Assembly (NCBI GenBank): GCA_003135555.1
Contig: PLCF01000062.1
Span: 62,981 to 126,980, forward strand
From: Vulcanimicrobiota bacterium
GTDB lineage: Bacteria; Vulcanimicrobiota; Vulcanimicrobiia; Vulcanimicrobiales; Vulcanimicrobiaceae
Direction of reading: 5' to 3'
Length of the DNA: 64,000 nt
Positions 53,802-62,961 of this stretch are shown piece by piece; position 1 is the first letter of the stretch, and each line of letters starts with the position of its first letter. The position numbers and the translations under genes are program-made. The notes below the pieces were generated by a model, which was not told the origin of the DNA, ran no database searches, and worked only from the letters and a program-made list of their open reading frames with translations.

Positions 53802-55232
53802 GTGAGATCCCTCCGCACCAGGATCGCGGCGCTCTATGCGGTGCTGATCGTCCTCGTCATCGCGGTCGGTGCGGTTTCGATCGACTTCGCGTTTCGCTCG
53901 CTGCTCATCGATCAGGCCAAGCTCAACCTCGCCGAGACCGCGAATCAGATCGCACATGACGCCCAAGAAGCGGCGACCGACGGCTTCGGGGGCGCGGGGC
54001 GGCTCGTGCTGGTGTTGTCCGATCGCGCCACGCTCGACCACTGGGCGTCGGCCAACGAGTTCGTCCAGATCGATACCGTGTCGGGGCAGATCCTGGGCAA
54101 GAGCACGAATCTGGGGGGGTTCACGTTCCCCGCCTGGCGCCCGCACGGCGTCGATCACGAGTACGGTTCGCTGCAGGTCGGCGGCGACCGGCCCGGGACG
54201 ATGCTGGTGCTCAATCGCGTCTTGCTCGACGACGCCGGCCATCCGCTCGTCGTCATTCACGTCGGACAGCGCTTGGACATCGCCGACGAGCTCATCGCGC
54301 GCGCCCGCACGATCTTGCTGGCGATCACCGCCGCGGCGATGATCGCGATCCTCGTCGCATCGTACTTCATCGCCGGTTCCGCGATCGTGCCGATCGAGCG
54401 ATTGACCACCGCGGTGGCCGAGATCGGTTCCGAGCGGCTCGATCGCCGTCTGCGCTGGCAGCGCGGTGACGAGGTGGGGCGATTGGCCAGCGCGTTCGAT
54501 GCGATGCTCGACCGCCTGCAATCCGCGTTCGCGCGCGAGCGCCAGTTCATCAGCGATGCCTCGCACGAGCTGCGCACGCCGCTGACGGTGATCAACGCGA
54601 ACGCGCAACTGCTGCAGCGCTGGGGCGACCGCGATCCGCACATCCTGGAGAGCTCGCTCCAGGCGATCGCCGACGAGAGCGGACGGCTCGCGGGGATGGT
54701 CTCGGGGATGCTAACGCTGGCGAAGGCCGAGGCCGGCGACGCCATCCCCAAGGAGCCGTTGGTGATGGAACGGCTCGTCGACGACGTCGTCGCCCACGCG
54801 CACGAGCGGGCCGCGAGCAAGGGGCTCGAGCTGGCGGCACATCACGATCCGGGGGCGAGCACCATCGTGGTCGGCGACGCCGGCCTCTTGCGTCAGCTCG
54901 TCGGCAACCTCGTCGACAACGCGATCAAGTTCACGCCGCGGGGCCGCGTCGACGTCGCCGTACGGCACGAGAACGGCTGCGCCACGATCGAGGTCGCCGA
55001 CACCGGGCCGGGCGTCGAGGACGAAGCCGCCGATCGCCTCTTCGACCGCTTCTTCCGCGGGGATCCCGCCCACGCGCGGGCGACCGAGGGGACGGGGCTG
55101 GGGCTAGCCATCGTCCGCAGCATCGCGCGGGTCCACGGGGGCAGCGTGACGGCGCGGGCACGGCCCGACGGCGGCTCGCTGTTTAGCGTCAGCTTGCCGG
55201 CCGAGCCCGAATCCTTCACCGGGGGTTCATGA
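53802..55232 (+). CDS. Sensor histidine kinase (HAMP-HisKA-HATPase)
   Basis: Two TM segments, DEVGRLA, DASHELRTPL, NLVDNAIKF, DTGPG, GTGLGL. Confidence 0.97.
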   Translation: MRSLRTRIAALYAVLIVLVIAVGAVSIDFAFRSLLIDQAKLNLAETANQIAHDAQEAATDGFGGAGRLVLVLSDRATLDHWASANEFVQIDTVSGQILGKSTNLGGFTFPAWRPHGVDHEYGSLQVGGDRPGTMLVLNRVLLDDAGHPLVVIHVGQRLDIADELIARARTILLAITAAAMIAILVASYFIAGSAIVPIERLTTAVAEIGSERLDRRLRWQRGDEVGRLASAFDAMLDRLQSAFARERQFISDASHELRTPLTVINANAQLLQRWGDRDPHILESSLQAIADESGRLAGMVSGMLTLAKAEAGDAIPKEPLVMERLVDDVVAHAHERAASKGLELAAHHDPGASTIVVGDAGLLRQLVGNLVDNAIKFTPRGRVDVAVRHENGCATIEVADTGPGVEDEAADRLFDRFFRGDPAHARATEGTGLGLAIVRSIARVHGGSVTARARPDGGSLFSVSLPAEPESFTGGS

Positions 55233-55263
55233 CCTGACCCCGCCGCCCGCGTACGATGGACCC

Positions 55264-56346
55264 GTGGACGTTCCCCGGTTTCGAGCCCTGCGGTGGATCG
55301 TCGCGGGGCTCGGGTTGTTTGTGTCGTGTTCGATCGGTGCCGCGGCCCCCGCGCTGGCGGGGACCTCGAGCTTCGACGTGGGCGACCAAGCGGTCGTCAA
55401 CGTCCTGGTCCGCGGCCGCGGCAACCAAGTCACCGTGCGCGTGTGGGACCGGCCCAGCGTCCAGGTCGACTACGCCGACGAGAGCGTGCCGACGGTCGAC
55501 AAGCAGAGCATCCCCTTCGGAACGCCGCGCTTTCCGCTGAGCCAGCAGATCCCGTTGCAGCTCTACCCGCCTAACGGCGGCCAATTCGCGCCGGGAGCGC
55601 CGCTGGCGCCGGAGGTCTTTCCGTACGCCTCGTTCCGGCCCGGACCGCACGACGCGGTGAACGTCGTCGCGCCCGAAGGCTCGCGCCTCGTCGTGACGCT
55701 GCCGGTCTCCACGGGGATGCTCGCGCTGCGCGTTGGCGGCGGCCAGACCGTGCTCGAAGGCTACCGCGGCGCGAACTTGTTCATGGTGCAGAACCAAGGA
55801 CGAATCCAGCTCACCGGCGTGACGACCACCGCGTTCGTGCAGATGAACTACGGCGCGTTCTACGCCGCGGACGGCAACTTCGACCGCATTCGGATCCGCG
55901 GCATCGCCGCGCACGACGTCTTCGAGCACTGCCGCACCAAGCAGATCGAGGCGACGAGCATCACGGGCTCGATCCTCTACGACGGCGGCAGCTTCGACCC
56001 CGGACTGGCGCGGTTCGAATCGCAGAGCGGGAACATCGCGCTGGGTGTCAACTCCCCGGCCCAGTTGGTCGGACGCTCGCAAGATGGTCACGTGTACACG
56101 CAATTCAGCCGCAGCACCAGCGTCGACCAGCGCGCCGAGGGCGAAGCCACCGCGACGGTGGGCGGCGGCGGGCCGCTCGTCAACGCGATCAGTTCGCGCG
56201 GCAACGTCTTTTTCTACGAAGGCACGCTGGCCGGCCGGCGCGGGTTCGCGCCCGAATGGCGCCCCGTGCACCAGCTCTTCAACGCGCACCGCCGTCCGCA
56301 GCAAAATCTACCGGCTCGTGTGCGCCCGCGCGGGCGCCCGCTCTAG
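55264..56346 (+). CDS. Secreted hypothetical protein (DUF4097-like beta repeats)
   Basis: Signal peptide ending ALA|G; SITGSI, SQSGNI, SQDGHV, SSRGNV repeats. Confidence 0.75.
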   Translation: MDVPRFRALRWIVAGLGLFVSCSIGAAAPALAGTSSFDVGDQAVVNVLVRGRGNQVTVRVWDRPSVQVDYADESVPTVDKQSIPFGTPRFPLSQQIPLQLYPPNGGQFAPGAPLAPEVFPYASFRPGPHDAVNVVAPEGSRLVVTLPVSTGMLALRVGGGQTVLEGYRGANLFMVQNQGRIQLTGVTTTAFVQMNYGAFYAADGNFDRIRIRGIAAHDVFEHCRTKQIEATSITGSILYDGGSFDPGLARFESQSGNIALGVNSPAQLVGRSQDGHVYTQFSRSTSVDQRAEGEATATVGGGGPLVNAISSRGNVFFYEGTLAGRRGFAPEWRPVHQLFNAHRRPQQNLPARVRPRGRPL

Positions 56347-56358
56347 CAGGGCCGCCGG

Positions 56359-56784
56359 CTAAAGCAGGAACTTGCGCAGCAGCGCGACGTCGAGCTTGAA
56401 GGTGTGCTGCGCGATCACCGCTTCGACGGCGTAGCCGCAGGCGACGAAGAACTTCTGTGCGGCCCGCCCATGGAAGACCGGAACGGTCATCTTGTGGCAG
56501 TTGTAGTAGTTCGAGACGTCCTCCGCGCGCGACACGAGCAGCCGTCCCAGACCGCGCCGGCGCTGCGCCGGCAACACGTAGAGCGCTTCGACGTGGCCCA
56601 GCGACGCGGCGATCCGCAACCGCAGCGCGCCGGCGATCTCACCCTCCTCGCGCGCGACCAGATCGTGGGTCTGCTCGTGCCAGACCACCCGAAAATCCCA
56701 CAGCTCGGTTCGCCAGTCGCGGTCGTGCAGCGTCCAGAACGCGTCGGTTTCGCCCGGCCGCGCGCGCTCGATCTCAAGCGACAT
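56359..56784 (-). CDS. GNAT acetyltransferase
   Basis: LYVLPAQRRRGLGRLLV, AQKFFVACGY. Confidence 0.88.
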   Translation of the reverse strand: MSLEIERARPGETDAFWTLHDRDWRTELWDFRVVWHEQTHDLVAREEGEIAGALRLRIAASLGHVEALYVLPAQRRRGLGRLLVSRAEDVSNYYNCHKMTVPVFHGRAAQKFFVACGYAVEAVIAQHTFKLDVALLRKFLL

Positions 56785-57550
56785 CGTAGGCCCAACCGTC
56801 GTACGCGGCCAGCGTCTTGATCCCGGTCGCGTCCTCGAGCTCGTAGGCGAGCCGCTTGGGATCGCGCTCGAGCATGCGCGTCCCGAAATGCGACATGATC
56901 GCCACGCCGGGCCGAATCCCCTCGATGAGCGTGCGCGCATCGTCGTAGGTGAGGTGATCGACGTCCATCGAGTCGCGGTAGCGCAGCACGTTCATCACCA
57001 GGACGTCCGGTGCGTGCGCGCGATAGTCGGCGACGATCCCGTCGAAGTACCGCGTGCACGGCAGGTAGGAGACCGCCGCGGAAGCGCTGCGGAAGTGCAG
57101 CCCGTACGCTTCGACCGGGTGCTCGAGGCGCAACGATGCGCGCAGCTCCACCGCGCCGACCGCGAACGGCCCGCCGTTGGCGGCAACGATCCACTCGCGC
57201 GGCACGAACCGCCGCGCGTACGGCAGCACGACCGGCTGCATCGTCTCGTCGAGCGCGTCGAGCGGCGCGCACAGCGCGCCGCGTGGCCGCCAGCCGCCTT
57301 GGCACATCGCCTCGATCATGGCGTTGACGTCGCCGGAGTGATCGAGGTGCTTGTGCGACAGCACGATCGCGTCGAGCGACGCCGGATCGCACGGCGGCAC
57401 TTGCGCCCACGCGCGCACGAGCGCACCGGGGCCCGGGTCGACGTGGATGTTGGTGCCGTCGGCCTGGAGCCAAAATCCGCCCGAGGAGCGGATCTGCTTG
57501 GCGACCACCCAGCGCGCGCCGCCGGTGCCGAGGAAGCGCAACCTGACCAC
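56774..57550 (-). CDS. MBL-fold metallo-hydrolase
   Basis: FLGTGG, VDPGPG, SHKHLDH, LEHP, SHFG. Confidence 0.92.
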   Translation of the reverse strand: MVRLRFLGTGGARWVVAKQIRSSGGFWLQADGTNIHVDPGPGALVRAWAQVPPCDPASLDAIVLSHKHLDHSGDVNAMIEAMCQGGWRPRGALCAPLDALDETMQPVVLPYARRFVPREWIVAANGGPFAVGAVELRASLRLEHPVEAYGLHFRSASAAVSYLPCTRYFDGIVADYRAHAPDVLVMNVLRYRDSMDVDHLTYDDARTLIEGIRPGVAIMSHFGTRMLERDPKRLAYELEDATGIKTLAAYDGWAYDVA

Positions 57551-57608
57551 GCTCGCCGGTTCGCAGGCATGCGCGGAACCTCCGCCTGGCGCGCAGCGTT
57601 CGCCGGAC

Positions 57609-58358
57609 ATGCTCAGCGCTCCCGAAGCCTTCATGGCCGTCGCCAATGCGACGGCGGCGATCGTTGAAAAGGCGCCGCCGTTCGTGACGTACCACGTGCA
57701 CGGACTCTTCCGCGCCGCCGGCGAGAGCACGGTCGACCGCACCGTCGTGACGCGCAGCGACGACGGCGTCGCCGTCGTCCACGACGATGAGAGCGGGAAG
57801 GACGAGCTACGGCCGGCTTTCCCCGCGCCGCCGACCTTTGACGCGTTGGCTAGTTTCAAGCTTTCCGGCGAAGTCACGCTCACGGTGGGCGGCGGGAAGG
57901 GCAAGCACCGCGACGGCGACATGCGCATCGTCAACATCCACCCGCTGCACTACGTAACCGGGCCATCCCAAGCCGACGCGGTTGCGCGCAGCATCAAAGG
58001 GTACGTCGTAACCTACGCGCCCGACGCGACGACCGAGCTCGGGCATCTCCACCTCGAGCGCAACGCGCTCATGAAAGACGCGCACTGGATGCGCGACGTG
58101 TGGTACGATCCCGCGACCCTGATCCCGTCGCGCGTCGTATGGGGCGGCCCGAACGATTTCACACTCGACGCCCGGTACCAAACGGTCGAGGGGCATTGGA
58201 TGATGCGCACGATCAGCGCGAGCGCCGTGTACCACACGCCGATGTGGTTCGGCCGGATGACCGTCGCCATCGAAGGGGTCTACGACCACTTCGTCTTCAG
58301 CGACGTCGCGCCCGATCCGCGGCTGGCGCCGACACCGGCGCCGCCGGGAGGGAACTAG
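57609..58358 (+). CDS. Hypothetical beta-rich protein
   Basis: Protein-like 249-aa ORF divergent from the MBL gene; start uncertain. Confidence 0.65.
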   Translation: MLSAPEAFMAVANATAAIVEKAPPFVTYHVHGLFRAAGESTVDRTVVTRSDDGVAVVHDDESGKDELRPAFPAPPTFDALASFKLSGEVTLTVGGGKGKHRDGDMRIVNIHPLHYVTGPSQADAVARSIKGYVVTYAPDATTELGHLHLERNALMKDAHWMRDVWYDPATLIPSRVVWGGPNDFTLDARYQTVEGHWMMRTISASAVYHTPMWFGRMTVAIEGVYDHFVFSDVAPDPRLAPTPAPPGGN

Positions 58359-58468
58359 GCGGCTCGGGCTTTGCCCAAAAAAACGCGATTTGCCGATAAA
58401 ATCGAGTGTCTGCCCAAAAAAGCCGGCTTCGAGATCGCGGTTCAGGCCGGCGGACGAGTTGACCAGGA

Positions 58469-59239
58469 CTACGGCTGAAGGTAGGCGCTCACCACGCACG
58501 AGACCGGGCTCGCGCCGGTCGACCAGTTCCAGCTCGAGAGCGGTTTCGGTCCGGCCTTCGCGACGATCGCTCCGTGAGGATCGACGGTCAGCTTCCAGTA
58601 GTTCGGGTCGCAATCTGCTTTGTAGGTAAACGGCGCCCCGGTCCCCGGATTGAACTGCGAGATGTGCTCCGCCGGATAGATGTAGTCGCAGTTGCCGCCG
58701 ATCATCAGCCCGCCTCCGGACGTGCAGATGCCGGCATCGGTGATGAATGGATCGTTGTCTTCCGAGTCGTGCGTGCCCTGATTGAGCCAAAACGACGTTT
58801 GCGAGGGGTAGTAGAGGCACAGCGTCGCATGCGCCGCCTTACAGAACGTGCGCACGTCGTTGGCAAACGGCCCGTACCCGTCGCCGGAGTACGCGGCGGC
58901 CGGCTCGACGACCAGCGTGCCGGTGGGGCTGCCGAGGATGATCGAGCCGGCGGCGGAGTTCCGAATCGCCTTCGATGCCAAGGCGCTCACGGCAATCGTG
59001 GCGGCCGCGCTCGCGGCCGTGATGCGGCTCTGGCGCCGAACGTGCTCCGCGCGCAAGACCCCGAGCGTCGCCGTGCGCTTCCCGACGACGACCTGCGTGC
59101 TGTCGGGCAAGCGGGCACGCTCGTCGACGCTGAGCGCCGAGAACGGTCGTACCGCCGCACTCGTCCCGGCGCGCGGGGCGGCTCCGAGAGCCTGGGTGAG
59201 CCCGACCAGCGCCACGGCCCACAGCCATCGACGAATCAT
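58469..59239 (-). CDS. Secreted hypothetical protein with Cys-containing C-terminal domain
   Basis: Signal peptide MIRRWLWAVALVGLTQALGA; six Cys in the C-terminal half. Confidence 0.75.
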   Translation of the reverse strand: MIRRWLWAVALVGLTQALGAAPRAGTSAAVRPFSALSVDERARLPDSTQVVVGKRTATLGVLRAEHVRRQSRITAASAAATIAVSALASKAIRNSAAGSIILGSPTGTLVVEPAAAYSGDGYGPFANDVRTFCKAAHATLCLYYPSQTSFWLNQGTHDSEDNDPFITDAGICTSGGGLMIGGNCDYIYPAEHISQFNPGTGAPFTYKADCDPNYWKLTVDPHGAIVAKAGPKPLSSWNWSTGASPVSCVVSAYLQP

Positions 59240-59309
59240 GCGGAGACAATAGCAAGGAGACTCCTGCTTTGTCCTCCCCCTTTGTTCGCGTACCGACCCA
59301 CGCGACGCG

Positions 59310-60104
59310 CTAGCCGCGCGAACCGATGCCGGGGCCGACGACGGCGACGAACACGACGCCCACGACGAGCGCGACGGCGAGCCAGGCAATGCTCCAGGTC
59401 ACGCGCGCCTGCTCCGGCACCGGCTTGCGGCGCATCGACACGAGCAGATCCGCAACGGCGAGCAGGCTCAGTCCGGGCACCAGCGTCGTCGCGACGGCCA
59501 GCTCGAGCGCGATCGGTTTCGCCGTCGGGCTCAGCGCCGCCGCAGCGCATGAGACGACGGCGGCTGCGGCCGCCGGCCACAGCGTCAGCCGATACAGCCG
59601 CGGCGGCGAAATCCCCGACGGCCCGGTGAAACGGTAGTACTCCGCCGCTATGATGCGCAGCGAACCATAGTAGAGCGCGGCTGCAACGACCACCGTCGCG
59701 ATGCGCCAGGCTACGGGCGGTTGGAGTCCGCCGATCAGGTACGCCCAGTCGCCGAAATTGAGCAGCCCGCCGACGGCGATGTAGCCGCCTGCGACGAGCA
59801 GGTTGAACACCATCCCCAGCCAGAGCAGGTAGCGCGCGTTGCCGCCGAACGCGTTCGTTTTCGCCAGGACGAACCAGCACAGCGCGCCGGCGACGAGGTT
59901 TGTCGCCGGACCGGCGGCGACCATCAAGGGTCCGACGACGCTGCAGCGCATCCCCAGCGGGTAGAGCAGCGTCACGCGGCCGCCCGTCGCGAGGCACACC
60001 AGGCCGTGGCCGAGCGCCTCGTGCAGCATCGTCGCCGCGACGTACGCGACGACGCCCAAGCCCAGGACCACGAGCGCGCTGTCGCGCGGCGCGTCAGCCG
60101 CCAC
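59310..60104 (-). CDS. Membrane protein with M50-like HExxH motif
   Basis: MLHEALGH, AAGPATN, GDW, multiple TM segments. Confidence 0.7.
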   Translation of the reverse strand: MAADAPRDSALVVLGLGVVAYVAATMLHEALGHGLVCLATGGRVTLLYPLGMRCSVVGPLMVAAGPATNLVAGALCWFVLAKTNAFGGNARYLLWLGMVFNLLVAGGYIAVGGLLNFGDWAYLIGGLQPPVAWRIATVVVAAALYYGSLRIIAAEYYRFTGPSGISPPRLYRLTLWPAAAAAVVSCAAAALSPTAKPIALELAVATTLVPGLSLLAVADLLVSMRRKPVPEQARVTWSIAWLAVALVVGVVFVAVVGPGIGSRG

Positions 60105-60576
60105 CGGGTACCGCGAACAAGACGCGCGTGAGCCACAGCGCCGACAACGCCGGCTTTGCGGCATCCCGCAGCTCGACCTCGGCGCGCCACGTCAGCTGCG
60201 CGCCGCCCTCGATCGCCCGCACCTCCTCGATCGAGAACGCGCCCCGAAGCTGCGCCCCGGCCGGTACCGGTGCGACGAACCGGATGCGCTCGAAGCCGTA
60301 GTTCAAGCTCATCCGCGCCGTCGGAAAGCTGACGCACTGCGCGATCAGGCTGGGCAGCAGGCTCAAGGTGAGGAAGCCGTGCGCGATCGTCGTCCCCAGC
60401 GGCGACTCGCGGCGCGCGCGTTCCGGATCGACGTGGATCCACTGCCGGTCGCCGGTCACCGCGGCGAAGTCGTCGATCAGTTGCTGCGTTACGGTGAGCC
60501 AGGCACTGGCGATGCGCGTACCGCGCGCGCGCTCGACGTCCGCGAGGCTGGAAAAGACCGCACGCTCCATCGGCAC
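60094..60576 (-). CDS. MaoC family dehydratase
   Basis: FAAVTGDRQWIHVDPERA, TIAHGFLTLSL, NYGFERIRF. Confidence 0.93.
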   Translation of the reverse strand: MPMERAVFSSLADVERARGTRIASAWLTVTQQLIDDFAAVTGDRQWIHVDPERARRESPLGTTIAHGFLTLSLLPSLIAQCVSFPTARMSLNYGFERIRFVAPVPAGAQLRGAFSIEEVRAIEGGAQLTWRAEVELRDAAKPALSALWLTRVLFAVPGGG

Positions 60577-60623
60577 GCCGTTCGCACCAGGAACGCTCGG
60601 CCCCGCTTCGCAACGACGCCCGG

Positions 60624-61598
60624 ATGCAAGCGATTGTGTGCCGCGCCTACGGGCCGCCGAAGGATCTCGTACTGAGCGACGTCCCGGAGCCGCAGCCGGG
60701 CGCAGGACAGATCGTCATCGACGTGCATGCTGCCGGGGTCAACTTCCCCGACGTCTTGCTGGTGCAAGGCCTCTACCAGGTGAAGCCGCCGCTGCCGTTC
60801 AGCCCGGGCGTCGAGGTGGCGGGGGTGGTCAGTGCGCTCGGCGATGGCGTGCGCGAGCTGCGCGTCGGAGACCGCGTCGCCGCGGGGGTGATGGGCGGCT
60901 TCGCGCAGCGCGCGGTGGCGCAAGCCGCGACGACGATCGTGCTGCCCGACGGCGTCGACTTCGTGACCGCTGCGGGGATGGTGCTCACCTACGGCACCGC
61001 GTATCATGCGCTCGTCGACCGGGCCGCGTTGCGTGCCGGCGAATGGCTCTACGTGAGCGGTGCGGGCGGCGGCGTCGGCACCGCCGCGGTCGATCTCGCG
61101 CACGCGTTGGGAGCGCGCAGCGTCGCAGCGGCAAGCTCGGCGGAGAAGCGTGCCGCGGCGGCACGCGCCGGTGCAGACGTCGTGCTCGACGCGGGCGCCG
61201 CCGATCTCGTGGACGCGATCAAGAGCGCCAGCGAGGGCGGCGTCGCGGTCGCGCTCGACAACGTCGGCGGCGAGCAGTTCGACGCGGCGCTGCGCGCGGC
61301 GCGCCGCGACGCGCGCCTGCTCGTCGTGGGGTTCGCCGGCGGCACGATCCCGCAGATCCCCGCCAACCGCATCTTGCTCAAAGAGCTCGACGTGCGCGGC
61401 GTCTACTGGGGCGATTGGGCGGCGCGTAACCCGGAGCGCAACCGCACCAACTTCGCCGCCCTCTTCGCGTTGATGGCGGACGGCAAGCTCCACCCGCACG
61501 TCGAGGCGACGTACGCGTTCGCCGACGCGCCGCAAGCGATCGCCGACCTGCACGAACGCCGCCTCGTCGGCAAAGGCGTCGTGCGGGTGCGACCGTAG
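60624..61598 (+). CDS. NADPH:quinone oxidoreductase (MDR family)
   Basis: AAGVNFPD, PFSPGVEVAG, TYGTAYHAL, GAGGGVG, VGFAGG. Confidence 0.95.
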   Translation: MQAIVCRAYGPPKDLVLSDVPEPQPGAGQIVIDVHAAGVNFPDVLLVQGLYQVKPPLPFSPGVEVAGVVSALGDGVRELRVGDRVAAGVMGGFAQRAVAQAATTIVLPDGVDFVTAAGMVLTYGTAYHALVDRAALRAGEWLYVSGAGGGVGTAAVDLAHALGARSVAAASSAEKRAAAARAGADVVLDAGAADLVDAIKSASEGGVAVALDNVGGEQFDAALRAARRDARLLVVGFAGGTIPQIPANRILLKELDVRGVYWGDWAARNPERNRTNFAALFALMADGKLHPHVEATYAFADAPQAIADLHERRLVGKGVVRVRP

Positions 61599-61601
61599 CG
61601 G

Positions 61602-62834
61602 CTAGGCGATAAGCGACGGCAGCATCGGGTAGCCGGCGCCGACGATCGGCGTCGAGGGCCGCCCCAGCCAGCGTTCGAGCACGGTCGCGTAGACGTTGCG
61701 GAAGTCGGTCGTGAAGGCCAGATTGCCCATGTTGAGCCGGCCCAGATCGGGATGCGTTCCGTACATCCCGCCCTTGACGCCGCCGCCGATGAGAAACACC
61801 GGCGCCGCCTCGCCGTGATCGGTGCCGCGGCTGGCGTTCTCCGGCACGCGTCGTCCGAACTCACTGAAGGTCATCGTCAGCACGCGCTTGTCGTTGCCGT
61901 GCGCCGCGAGATCGGCGTAGAAGGCCGCGATCGAGTTGGCGAAGTCGGTCAGGAGCCGCTCTTGGGTCTGCTTCTGCGTCACGTGCGTGTCGAACGAGCC
62001 GTGCGCCACGTAGAGCACGCGCGTTCCGAGCTTCGAGCCCACGATCTGCGCCGCCAGCGCGAGGCTGCGCCCCAACGCGGTGGCGGGATAGGTCGCCTGC
62101 GTTTGGTACCCGGCGACGAGTTTGGGCAGCTCTTGGGCCCCGCGCTGCGCGTGGTCCTCGATCTCGGCGACTTGCGCGAGGAAGGGCGAGCGGAACGGGA
62201 CCGTCGTGTCGCGCACGAACTCGTGGAAGGCTTCTTTGTTGGCCGCCGACTTGTCGCTAGCCAGGCCGTAGCTCCGCAGCGCGTCGATCGCCGGGACGTC
62301 GGTCGTGCGTGAGAGCAGCATCTCGGGCACGACGTTGCTGATCGCGACCGCGTTGAACAAGTTCGCCTTGGGCAGCGCGGCTTCGTCGAGATAGCGCCCC
62401 AGCCAGCCGGTCGACTCGTAACCCTTGGGCTGCGCGGTCTGCCAGATCTCGGTCGACCGGAAGTGTGAGTGGTCCGGATCGGGGTAGCCGACGCCTTGGA
62501 CGATCGCGACGTTGCCGGCGTCGTACATCTTCTTGAACGGCGCCAGCACCGGGTTGAGGCCGACGGTGTCGTCGATCCGCAGCACGTCGTTTTGCGGCAC
62601 GCCCAGCGACGGACGATAGCGGTAGTAGTCCGGCAGGCCGTAGGGCACCACCGTGTTGAGGCCGTCGTTGCCGCCTTGGAAGTTGATCACCACCAGCACG
62701 CGGTCGCTGCCGCCCGGCAACCCGGGAAGCGCCGTCTGCGCCAGCGCCTGCGAGAAGATCGTGTCGGTATTCGCGACGACGGCAAGACCCGAGACAGCCC
62801 CGAGGAGAAAGTTCGATCGTGAAAACGCGTTCAT
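61602..62834 (-). CDS. DUF1501 protein with Tat-like signal
   Basis: GGNDGLNTVVP, SHFRSTEIW, TGWLGR, FDTH, FSEFGRR, GTDHG. Confidence 0.93.
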   Translation of the reverse strand: MNAFSRSNFLLGAVSGLAVVANTDTIFSQALAQTALPGLPGGSDRVLVVINFQGGNDGLNTVVPYGLPDYYRYRPSLGVPQNDVLRIDDTVGLNPVLAPFKKMYDAGNVAIVQGVGYPDPDHSHFRSTEIWQTAQPKGYESTGWLGRYLDEAALPKANLFNAVAISNVVPEMLLSRTTDVPAIDALRSYGLASDKSAANKEAFHEFVRDTTVPFRSPFLAQVAEIEDHAQRGAQELPKLVAGYQTQATYPATALGRSLALAAQIVGSKLGTRVLYVAHGSFDTHVTQKQTQERLLTDFANSIAAFYADLAAHGNDKRVLTMTFSEFGRRVPENASRGTDHGEAAPVFLIGGGVKGGMYGTHPDLGRLNMGNLAFTTDFRNVYATVLERWLGRPSTPIVGAGYPMLPSLIA

Positions 62835-62898
62835 GATAATTGCGAGCCCCCTCGGGGAGTGACGATGGTGTCGAAGTGGTGACGGGCTCGCGCTTCTT

Positions 62899-62956
62899 GG
62901 GGGCCCCGCGCCGGCGGCGTGGGGGGCGCGGAGCCGGGGGCGGAGCGCCTTTTAAC
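62899..62956 (+). repeat. REP-like intergenic hairpin repeat, copy 2
   Basis: GGGGGCCCCGCGC-CGGCG-GCGTGGGGGGCGCGGAGCCGGGGGCGGAGCGCC; similar to the reverse complement of 48769..48824. Confidence 0.7.
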
Positions 62957-62961
62957 GCGCC

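Noticed and set aside
58392..58399. Sigma28 -10 element GCCGATAA
   Set aside because: No matching -35 and no downstream sense gene; better explained as part of the TGCC-A-tract repeat.
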